Positions 1 to 11,015 of a stretch of 64,000 nt of DNA are shown here, piece after piece. The first letter of the stretch is position 1, and each line of letters opens with the position of its first letter. Both the position numbers and the translations under genes were made by a program. The notes under the pieces are model-generated. The model saw only the letters and a program-made list of their open reading frames with translations, was not told the DNA's origin and searched no databases. Source of the DNA: Utricularia gibba (Eukaryota; Plantae; Magnoliophyta). The stretch lies in the NCBI GenBank assembly GCA_002189035.1, contig NEEC01000010.1, forward strand, positions 2,852,001 through 2,916,000, read 5' to 3'.

Positions 1-3000
1 TCTTTGATGTATTCCCTAAGAACATGGTATTTGATTTTGATATGCTTCGTCTTCCCAAACATGACCGGATTTTGAGCTATACTTATGGCTGATTTGCTGT
101 CAATTTTCAGAATGAGTGGCTTGTTAATCTTGATCTGTAAATCTTCACATAATTTCAGGAGCCATTGAGCGTGATTTGCAGCACAAGCTCCAGCCATGTA
201 TTCTGCTTCGGCTGAGGATTGAGCTACTAAGGTCTGTTTTCTGCTGTTCCAAGCAAATGCAGCAGAGCCCAGAGTAAACAAATAACCAGTGGTGGATTTA
301 AGATCAGATTCGTCACCTGCGAAATCAGAGTCTACGAACCCTTGAAGAGATAGGTCAGTATGCCTTTTGAAGTATAAACCCATAGTTTTTGTAGCATTCA
401 GATATTTGAATATTTGTTTAGCTATTCTAAGGTGTAAAGCAAGAGGGTGATGCATAAACCTGGATAGAAACGTTACAGCGAATGTAATGTCCGGTCGAGT
501 TGAGGTGAGGTATAGTAGGGCACCAACAGTCTTCTGATATTCTCGTATGTTCACTGAATTTTCTTGAGGATCTTGTGGCCCTGAATCGGCAGAATTTAAT
601 TCTTTCAGATAGTTGTTTGCCTTGTTCTTCAGGTATGGAGTGAAAGGCGTAGTTGCTTCTTTTGCATTGTCCATCCCAAATTTTTTTAGTAAGTCTTCAG
701 TGTATTTTTGCTGGCTGAGAAATATAAAATTGGGATCTTGTATTATCTCTAGTCCAAGAATATATCTTGCTGGCCCTAGATCAGTCAATTCGAACCGTTG
801 TTTGAGCCTTGATTTTTGATCTGCTATCAATGTCTCGTTATTTCCTGTTAGTAAGATGTCATCAACGTATAAAGATATGATGACCTTTCCAGTTTGATTG
901 TTGAGGGTGTATAGAGTAGGGTCGTTCTTGCTTCTGATATAACCCATTTGACCAAAGTATGAATCTATGGTTGAATACCATTCCTTGGGCGCTTGTTTAA
1001 GCCCGTAGAGAGCCTTTTGGAGTTTTAACACCTTATTTGAGCCATCCTTTAGTGTAAAACCGGGAGGATTTTCAACATATATGTCTTCTTTCAAGTCTCC
1101 ATTCAGAAACGCATTCTTTATGTCTAAATGGTGCAGGATCCAACCTTGACTGGCGGCTAATGCGATAATCAATTTTATTGTATCCAGACGAGCTACCGGT
1201 GCGAAAGTCTCCCAGTAGTCTATACCTTCCTTTTGAAGATATCCTTTTGCAACCAGCCTAGACTTTAACTTATTTACTGAGCCGTCTGGATTTAGCTTTG
1301 TGCGATAAATCCATTTTAATCCCAACGGTTTAATATTGAGAGGTTTATCCACCGCTGTCCACACTTGATGCTCTGCTATGGCCTGTAACTCATTATCCAT
1401 TGAGGTTTTCCATGCAGGATCATTGAGAGCTTCGAAGGGAGAGGTAGGTTCACAAATCATAAGCGATCTGTCATAGACTTCAGTAAGAGGACAGTAACCT
1501 CTAGCAGGCTCTTCATCTATGAGATGATCGGCTGACTGCAGCATAAAGTGATGTGTATAGGAATTGTAGTTGTTTGCTGAATCTTCTGAGATATTTTCTG
1601 TGTTATCATGTCTTTCAGATATAATTTGCTCAGAGTTTTGGAAGTGAGATGTATTTTCCTCCTGTTCTTGTAATGAAGAGAATTGATATTCTGATTCTCT
1701 GCTTTCTCCATGTTGAGGCTGTTGCGACGAAGTAGGATATGGCATATGATCATTACTTTGCATGTCTTGATTCCTTTCTGAGTGATGTCTGAAATAATTG
1801 TTGTCCTCTGTTTCTGCACCAACAAGATTGGAATTATTCGTAATAGTGGTATTAGTTTCAGGAAGTTCATTGACAAGATTCTCTTCGTGCATTTCAGTAA
1901 GATTTTCAGATGCATTGATAGGAAATAGGAGTTGCATGTCTCTGGAATATTCAGCTTCGTTTTCAGGAGTAGAAGAGATATTATGCCAGTCATAGGTCAG
2001 ACTTTCTTCAACCACAACATCAGCACATCTTTGAACTTCTATACATTGTTTGGATGGAATAAATATTCTGTAAATTTGAGAGGAGTCCGAATATCCCATA
2101 AAGACCCCATTTGAGCATGATTCTCTAACTTTCTGCGTTTTTCTTTAGATATATGGACATAGCAGAGGGATCCGAAGATTTTCAGATTCTGTAGATCTGG
2201 GACTTTTCCATACCACAGTTCATGTGGAGTTTTTCCTTCAGGTATTCCTTTGGTGGGAAGTCGATTTAATAGGAATACCGCTGTGTTAACAGCTTCTCCC
2301 AAAAGCGCAATGGTAAGTTGTGTTCCAATAACAAGCAACGAGCCATATTCATAATCGTTTGATTTTTCCTTTCACAAACACCATTTTGTTGAGGGGTATA
2401 TGGAACGGTAAACCGATGAACTATACCACTTGCATTGCAGATGTCTCGGAGTTCGGATGATTTGTATTCCCGCCATTGTCTGAATGCAAAGTAAGTATTC
2501 TACAATTGCTTTGTAATTCTGCCATCATCTTGAACTGCTTGAAGTATTTAGTCACTTCAGACTTTTGCTTAAGAAAATATACCCACATATGCTTGGTGTA
2601 GTCATCAATAAATAGGACATAGAATTTCTTTCCACCAGGTGTCTCAACATGCATAGGTCCGCATACGTCAGAGACTACTAGCTGTAGTTTAGAGTCGGAT
2701 ACTTCAGTACGATTCTTGAATGGCTTCTTGTGCATTTTCCCAAATAGACAGGTGCTGCACGGGAAATTCCAGTCCTTTAATTGAGGTACGCCATGTATAA
2801 CTCCTTGGGTTTGCGCTGTTCTGAGTTGGCTTGCATGATAGTGACCTAATCTTTTGTGCCATAGGAAAGAGGTATTTACAGCTGCAAGACAGAAATTACT
2901 ATTAGTTGTCATGCAGTTAACTGGAAAGAGGCGATTTACCATGGGCACTTTTAGTACAATATTGTGAGCATAATCCTTCAACAAGCACATATTGTTCTCT

Positions 3001-4268
3001 ATATTCAACTCATATCCACATTCTGCTAGTTGTCCTGCACTCAGTAAGTTGTGAGAAGCCTTTGGTACATAGAATACATTAGTAATCTTGATGAGTTTTT
3101 GTTCAGTTTCCAGACAGATTGATCCAACACCTTCAACTGCAATGAGCGTTCCATCAGCAATGGTGAGAGTTTTTCCTGATATTGGGGTATATGTTGTGAA
3201 TATAGACTTGTTGTTGGTCAAGTGATTACTGCAGGCGCAATCAATGAACCAGATTGTGTTGTGTCGTAGATCAGTGAAATCAGAGAGAGTAGTCTTGCTG
3301 CACAAGATATAAACTGAAGACTTCACTTTCATATTTGAATCATCAGGAGATACATGAATTGATTTGTTTTTTGAATGTTCAGAAGATGCAGCAACAACAT
3401 AAGTAGAGGCATATGATTTCTTGGTGGGACACACACGCTCCACATGGCCTTTGGTTGAACAGATTGCGCAATGAGCCTCAGGATGCCAAAAACAGTTCGT
3501 TGGAATGTGGTTTTTCTGTGCGCAATATGGGCAAGGAGGATGTGGCCCCTTTTTCTCTTTCTTGACAGGTAGGAAACTTGGTGCAGAATATTGTTGTGTC
3601 CCATTTTCTCCTTTAGGACCTGCTATAGTAAGTGATGCTTTGAAGGCAGCTTCTAATAGATTTTCTTCATTGCGAGATTTACGTCTGCTGTCCACATTTT
3701 TGAAGTGTTGGAGCAGTTGCTGCAGACTCAGAGTTTCTAGAAATCCGGTTGCTTCCAAGGATTCAACGACAGCATCATAATCTGCCGGAGCACTATGAAT
3801 GATCCTGGCCTTAAGCTTGCGCTCTTCACGGGAGTCAACTTCTTCTCCAAGGCGCTTTAGTTTTTCCAGGTTTTTGAGAAGTTGTTCTGCATTGGTGGCT
3901 ACCTCGCCATCTCTAATTTTGAAGTTGTAAACTTCATTCCATAGTTTCTGTATCTCCCTGTGCTTGTCTTCCTTTGTTTCTTCAAAGGTTTTCTCGAGCA
4001 TAAGCCACGCCTCTCTTGGAGACCTTCGAGTTATACACCTGTAAGCATCTCCAACCACTGCTGTGGCTAGCACAGCTGCAGCCTGAATTTCTTTGTCTCT
4101 ATAAGCTTTTTCAGCTGCAGTTTTTTCTTCAGGTGTTCCTTCAAAAACTGGATCAGTGGCTATTATTTTCCAGAGCCCATGAAGTTGGAGATATATCTCC
4201 ATTTTTGGCGCCCAAATATCGTATTCCTTTCCGTCAAAAATGGGAGGTAATATGTTTGTTACAGACAT
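1..4268 (-). CDS. Copia gag-pol polyprotein (3'-partial; three apparent -1 frameshifts at ~2470, ~2299, ~2106)
   Basis: ATG at 4268 (MSVTNILPPIFDGKEY). Integrase motifs SDVCGP / SDNGG(E)Y / QNGVCERKN. RT motifs KSRLVAKGY, LYGLKQAP, YVDD. RNase H motifs DSDFAG, SSAEAEY, IDSKSAI. Hand translation from ~2105 to base 1 gave no stop codon. Confidence 0.93.
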
Positions 4269-4382
4269 GATGACACTCTTTTGAGAACCTGCGATAGAAT
4301 ATAGAGTAAGGTAAGAAGCCTTTAGATGTAGTGTTTGAGTGGCAAACCGTGTTTGGAAGGATAGCAATGTTGAGCTGCTTGT

Positions 4383-4400
4383 TTCACGTCGGGTTCACCA
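4383..4400 (-). other. Primer binding site complementary to the 3' 18 nt of tRNA-Trp
   Basis: Plus strand TTCACGTCGGGTTCACCA (minus strand TGGTGAACCCGACGTGAA) directly abuts the LTR end. It matches the recalled 3' end plus CCA of plant cytosolic tRNA-Trp(CCA). Confidence 0.85.
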
Positions 4401-4539
4401 TGATAGCAGTTTATATCGATGTGTGAGGGTTGTAGAACAGATATTTTTTAATGTTATGCAAGAGTACACATATTTATAGTTCTTTAGCAACGGTCGCCTA
4501 CTTCTAGGGATTAGCCGTTGCTCACTACGACTTCCAACA
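4401..4539 (-). repeat. 5' LTR, 139 bp
   Basis: Minus strand begins TGTTGGAAG and ends CTGCTATCA immediately before the PBS. It contains a CTATAAATA TATA box (4471-4479). The outer boundary is inferred, since the second LTR is outside the window; candidate TSD ATATT at 4540-4544. Confidence 0.75.
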
Positions 4540-4559
4540 ATATTGACTTCAGCACGTTG

Positions 4560-5930
4560 GGCCATATCATCATGTTGGGCCATTTTCTTGAAGTGGATGA
4601 GTAGCAAGATCTTTGTTGGTGGCCCATCTTCTGATCTTGCTGTCCAGTATAATCAGTCCGAGTTGCTGACAGACCTTCTTCTTCTTCCTCCCGTTATCTC
4701 TCAACACATTCGTATTTTCCTGTTCTGGGTCCTCCACATTTCTCACAGTTTGCTGCTGGTTTATCTCATATTCGTCCTCACTCGACATCACTCCTCCAAA
4801 ATATGCCGTTCTAGATTTTTCGAGAATGATACTTCTTCACAGGGGTTCGAAATAAGATGATTCTCCTTCGTCATATGCTAAAAAATGGGAGCACTTCCCT
4901 TTATTTTCTAAAGTAACCAGTGCTCCAAACCTTCTCCACACAGAAATCACTCCTGAGAAACCGCAACCTCGGCCAACAAACAAACAAAGAAGGGTCAGGG
5001 TCGCTGTATAATCATGACAATGTGCTTCCATTTGAAGTTGTCTGTGTAACTCGTCATTGATGAAATATGGGAAGCAGCAGCAGCTGTGGAACTGTTGGGT
5101 AGAATGGAAAGAAGTCTTGTCGGATGCCAACAGAATTCATTGATGGGAAGTTGGTCAGAACCTTAAGGCTAACTCTCGAGCTCCTGTGCAACTTAGCGAG
5201 AGGCCCTAGTTTTCAAAAGGAGAAAAAAAAGAAGAGATTCTTTTATCGGGAAAAGCATAGAATGGGCATAGGGTTGGCCATTAAACATCAGAGGGAGCCA
5301 GGCATTTGTCATTGTTGGAAATTTAATGAGCCAGATGCAATGCAGGTGCGCGTCATTTAAGTTTGCACAGTAAATAATTTTTCTGGGCATCACTGCTGCC
5401 TGCCACAGCGCTCTGCTAATGGGGTAAGTAGGGGATTCAACGTTATTGCAAGTTTACATACAGTTGATGTTGCTGTTTCTAAACCAATAACGATGATCAA
5501 GAAGAAGTCTTGAACTTGAACCCCAACCCAGCCGCAGTTTGCAGAAGAAAGCAGATCACAGCGAGACCTTTCTGGAGGTGCCAATCATGAATCTCTGATG
5601 ATGAACTGATTAGAGTTTGAAGATTCAGTAGCAGTCCCATCCTCCCATTTCACTTCTACTCCTGGCCTGTGTTGCGTGTGAGGGAATGCAATATATTGGA
5701 ATTCTCATTCGCACACGCCAGAAAGAACCCCATGAAACCAGATGCGCAGGTCTCTAAACCCATTCAGCTGCTTCAAACACACTGTAGTTCCATTGACTCT
5801 TCCCTTAACACCTGACTTATTATTGATGCAAACCGTGTCGGATACGCTCACATCTCCCATTTCTATCTCACACTTCCTCCCTCTCATAGAAAATTGAATA
5901 TTGTTTAAACTTTCAAAAGGTGCAGACTTC
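4560..5930 (-). pseudogene. Possible degenerate Mutator/FAR1-like transposase remnant
   Basis: Coding-like composition broken by stops. Scattered weak motifs: KCSHFLAY (SWIM-like), GRKKKK, GHQQRSC (knuckle-like). No convincing contiguous domain. Confidence 0.2.
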
Positions 5931-7274
5931 ACGTTCTGTTTTCTTCACGCTTTCAAAACTTTCATGCGGTGTTTGGTATGCGAATTTGAGTTTAACATGA
6001 TTTTAGTTTATTTGTATTTAAATAAACACATTTCATTGGTTTAAAAGATAATTTTTGTTCGTTTATTGGGTATAATTTATTTGAGTTATAGCTGAAGAGA
6101 GTAAAAAACTTGGTGTATTTCAATTAGATTAATTATTTATTTTTTAAAAGATAAATCGATATTCATTTTAATTCAAAAATCTGAAAATTGGAAGCATTGA
6201 CTGATTGGTCCCGAGCCCTACTCTTGTATTTCTCTATGTGATGGGGGTGATCGGTAATTTCACACGGGGGAAGGAAAATAGAAGGTATGTATTTTTTTTA
6301 AAGAGAAAAGTAAAAACCCAAAATAGAAAAAGTGCAGGGAGGGCCCACGGCGAGTGGTTGAGGATGAGAGCTACTAGTTTCTCGCCACCTGGCAGCATCT
6401 CAGGGACTGAAACCCAATCGCCCATGCCTTGGGCGTCGCTGGCCTCAAATAAATGGCGTATTTTTTTCTTTTTTGGTTAGAAATTTAATTCGACTCGTTG
6501 TTGTTTGTGGCTCAGGATTTTTCCGAATAAAAAGAAAAAATGAAAACCGCAAAGTTCTACGCTTTCGCTCTTCGTTCCACTTCTGCAGATTCGATTCGCG
6601 CCAGCCGCTAGTCTTCTCTAATGTCTCAGTTTCGCTTGTTCTAGTAGTTCTTGATGCGGAGGTTTCGATCTGCAGGTGATTGCAGTTTGTTTTTCAAGGA
6701 TTCGCTGAAATTCGAAGGCTGGGCATGGATGGCTTCAATGGTACTTTCTGTGAACTATTCATCGTTTTCCAAGCGATTCTAATGGCTGCAGCCTTGTTTC
6801 AGTATCTTCCTGATTCGTACTAATGCTTTCGGGTTGTATTTGGTATTTTGTTTTGATTCTCTGCCGTTTTCCGTTGGACGTGAAGGATAAAGCAGATTTC
6901 GGTGCATTTGGTGAGGATTCAGGAAGCTGATAGCTTCTTATTTTCTAATACTGTCATACTTCTACTCGGTTTTGGATGAAGATACGCGTTTCTCTGCTTC
7001 CACTTTTTAAGTTTTTTGGGGCCTAGATTGATGTAGAAATGGTATATGCTTTCTATTTAGTTTATTCAAACGGGTTATGAGTTTTGACGATTGGAAGAGG
7101 CGATGATTTTCTAAAATCTTCTTGTTACTAGATTTTCTCTTTTGCAGTACTTACTGATTTGCCAGGTCGCCTTCCATGAACACACTGCAAGAAGGAAGCT
7201 GGATTGGGTATTTTTTGCCAGTTAATGAGGCAAGCTGGTCCCAGGATATGACGCATGCCCTTGTCTCATTTTAG

Positions 7275-10200
7275 ATGAATCCTGATTTGTCAGTAGAAGA
7301 CCTTGCGATTAAGGTCCCAATTAAAGTGCTTGTTCTAGTTAGATTTTTCGCTCTTTTTTAACACGAAGCTTCATTCTCTGGTGGCAGGCAAGGAAGCCGT
7401 ACACAATAACAAAGCAGCGTGAGAGATGGACTGAAGAGGAGCATACAAAGTTTTTGGAGGCCCTCAAGCTTTATGGCCGTGCTTGGCAGCGCATAGAAGG
7501 TTTTCACTCTTCCATTTATTCTCATTGATTACAGATGCTGACCTTTTTTCGATGCTCATGCTGTATTTTGCATCGGGAACTGTGTGCCCTGGAATCCTTA
7601 TTTTGGCATGTGATAGAGCCACTTTTCATTCCAATTATACTTGGTAATGGTGCAGAACATATAGGAACAAAGACTGCGGTTCAAATCAGAAGTCACGCAC
7701 AGAAATTTTTCACGAAGGTTCACCAATCAGTTTCTTTTGTTGCCTTGTTAATGAAGTTCAGTCTTTTCCCCTTCTTCATCAGATTCTTTGCAAGGAAATA
7801 CAAAAGCAGTTCCATAATAGGGTTGTAGCTGTAAAACAAGTGACTTCAGCTTTTTTTTTTCTGTTTCCCTTTAAGCCACACTAGTTTTGGTGAACTTGAG
7901 ACGGATTTTTTTCTCGTCCTCGTGAGGGTTGACCGTTTCCTCATTAGCGCATTCACTTGCCCATTCACGTGTAAAATTTAATATGAGAAGGTTGGCTTGC
8001 AGAGAATTGTTGATAACTCATGGGTCGGTATCACTGAAAGAGATAACGTGATGCCTGGAACAACTTTCACTGCTTTAGATTACTGCATCCTATCTCTTTT
8101 CAAATCCTGTCTTGCTTTGCGCTGAAGTCTACTCATATTAATCATGTTATATAGAATCTTCTTGATACTGGATCCCTTACACATTTAGAATCTTTTGCTG
8201 TCATCTGAGATTGCATGCTGCTTTATTTATCGTTTCCAATGTCTTGAGTTTTGAAATTCAAACCTCGATCAGTGCATGCATGTGTCTACAGTATCATCGT
8301 CTGGAACCTTGAATGTGTACCATGAAAGGAGCACCTGTTCTTATTTCCCTCTAGGTTGTCTGCATGTATATTATCTAATTTCCTTCTGGTTGTATGCTTA
8401 TCATTCAGTTGGAAAAGGAGGCCACTGTTAATGGAGTAGGGAATGTTCGTGATATTGAGATACCCCCACCACGTCCTAAAAGGAAACCTAATAATCCTTA
8501 TCCCCGAAAAACTTGCATAGCTCCTGCGTTGCAGCTGGGATTGAAGGATGGAAATGCATCAGATGCCACTTCCACTTTGCTGCAGGAAAATATGGCGACC
8601 TTTGAAAACGATCCTGAGGTATGTCGACACTTCTGGTACATCAATTTTGGTGAGTCATTTCTTGTTTCTGTTTTTTTTTTCATTGAATGTGTTTGTGGAT
8701 GGTATTTTATCTGCCATTTCTCTAGTGCTGTTTCTTTGTCCAGTATTTCCCTCACGATGCATTGTTCTTTACCAGAAATTCAATGGCCATGGAAATAATC
8801 GGAGCAACAAAGAGTGCTCTGAAAAGTATACTTGCTTTGATGGTCCTTGTGCATCCCCAGCATCAGCAGATAACGGTTCTTTTGCATCTGAGGCTCCTCT
8901 GACATCTTGTACTTTTAGGCAGTTTAACCTAGTCATGGATGACTCAAGTAATCAGGATGAAAGTGCAGCAGCATCACTAGTCACTGCCGATCCTGTGGGA
9001 AATGATGCAGAACTTTCTGATGAAAAACAGCTGTTCCATGAAAATGCTTTGAAAAGTTCATCTAGTATGGATGCTGTCAATGGTGAGCTGCAGCAGCCCG
9101 GAAGTTGTTGTCAGACGTCAATCACTGATGAGAAATCTTCTCAGGACTACCCTCGCCATGTTCCTGTTCACATTCTTGCTGGGAGCTTAGGAACAAGTGC
9201 ACAACATTTTCCTACAGATATGCCATTTATGCAATCGATGCTCAATCAAGGCGCTGGACTTCATGGTGGTCAAAATTTTTCTATGAATCCAGTTGCATCT
9301 GCTACTGAATCTCATAGTAATGCACCAAGACCATCCATATATCCATTTTTCAATTGTCATCACTTCTTCACTCCAATGCAGAACTCGATGACTACCAGGC
9401 GTTTTTGCAAATGCAGTCCTCATTTTCGAGTCTCATAATGTCTTCTTTGTCTCAAAATGCAACAGTGTATGCTGCAGCTAGCTTTGCGTCAACTTTATGG
9501 CCATGGTTCAACACGGGAGCTCCAGTTGATCCGGCCATAAATTTATCTGGGTTTTCTCAGTCGCCGCCAATGAGTTCAACTTCGAATATAGAAGCAATTG
9601 CTGCAGCTACAGTCGCAGCTGCAACTGCTTGGTGGACAGCCAATGGCCTTCTTCCTGTATGCCAGGATCCAGGATTCATGTGTTCTCCTGGATCAGCTTC
9701 TGCAGCCGAAATTGTTTGTTGCCAAAGTGGAAACATAGATGGAGAAACTAAAGACAATAGGCATGAGCCTGCCATAGAAAATCATCAACCGGATATGGAG
9801 TTCACAGAGGATCAGAATTCAAATGCACGAACCTCTTCATCATCAGACAGTGAGGCAAGTGAGGCTGGAAAGGCAAATGGCGGATTGAGCGCCACTGCAT
9901 CTCCAGAGGTTGAGAATGGAGTCGTGCTGCATGACTCAAACGCGTCAAAGAACAAGAAACAGCTAGACCGCTCCTCATGTGGATCAAACACGACGTCAGG
10001 CAGTGATGCTGAACCTGATACTACAGATAAGCTTGCCAAGGGGAAGGAGGAAAATCCCATCACAAAAAACGAAGATGCTAAAGCACCTGATGCAGCTCCT
10101 CAGATTGCTGATCTCTTTAGTCGTCGCTCTAGAAGCAGCAGTAGTGTAGCTGAATCATGGAAAGAAGTATCAGAGGAGGTACTCGCACTTGCTCCTTCAG

Positions 10201-10653
10201 CTTCCATCTTTTCTTTATCGTAGACTCTACTGTTTTTTTTTTCTTTTTTGTTTTTGTTTTCGTTAATATAAGATGGTTGCAGGGACGACTAGCATTTCAG
10301 GCTCTGTTCTCCAGAGAAGTGCTGCCTCAAAGTTTTTCTACTTCTCATGAATTAAAGAATAAAGCCAGGAAACAGTCTAGTCAGCCTGAAGAAGGGGGAG
10401 AATTATTGTTAAAACATGGGGAAAAGCTAGAGATGGGAAAGAGTTCTCTCATCAACGGAAACAAGGAGAGGGACTCTTCTGTCAGGGACTAGGCCAAGAT
10501 AAACTGAAGACATGCCGAACCGGATTCAAGCCATACAAAAGATGCTCAATGGAGGCTAAAGAAACTAGAATCTCCTCAAACCATCAAGAGGAAGAGAAAG
10601 ATCCCAAGAGGCTACGCCTCCAAACCCAGGTGAACGATGGCTCCATCCTTTGA
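7275..10653 (+). CDS. LHY: LHY/CCA1-type single-MYB circadian clock transcription factor
   Basis: Exons 7275-7313, 7388-7499, 7656-7717, 8409-8618, 8776-10178, 10283-10653, all GT-AG. Motifs [80 protein letters not shown]. Two apparent -1 frameshifts at ~9386 and ~10468. Confidence 0.95.
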
Positions 10654-11015
10654 TCAGTGCATGCCATTTTCCATTTCCATATATCTGATTTTGAATCGCA
10701 CTCAACTTCAGCCATTTGTATTTAAATAACCAGCTAAGTTTATGTCCCCCAACTTTTGAAGAACTTCCATTCTGGGTAAATGGTCGTCACATTGTGTTGT
10801 TATAGAATTCAATTCTTGCTTGTTTCAGTTCTCTGGTTTTGTGAACATCTCCTAACGTTCTTCCTGTTACTTCCTTTGAAATATGAAAGTGGTTATTGTC
10901 TGTGAGTTCATTCTTGTTCATGAACCTGTTCTCTGTTGAGGTGAAGTACGCTTGAATAAGCGAGAAGTGTTCTTTGAAGCAGGGTTTAGTATATAATACA
11001 GACACAAGTCTCCCA

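Larger units (their letters stand above)
1..4539 (-). mobile_element. Ty1/copia LTR retrotransposon (Ivana/Oryco-like), 5' portion; 3' LTR lies outside the window
   Basis: On the minus strand: LTR (TG...CA), PBS, then gag, two CX2CX4HX4C knuckles, protease, GAG-pre-integrase (WHKRLGH...CSTC), integrase, RT and RNase H, which is copia domain order. The lineage call rests only on the recalled double-knuckle and gag pattern. Confidence 0.96.

Noticed and set aside
6383-6393. GCCACCTGGC as the LHY promoter G-box
   Set aside because: The core is CACCTG, not CACGTG; this is at most a generic E-box and is unsupported without conservation data.
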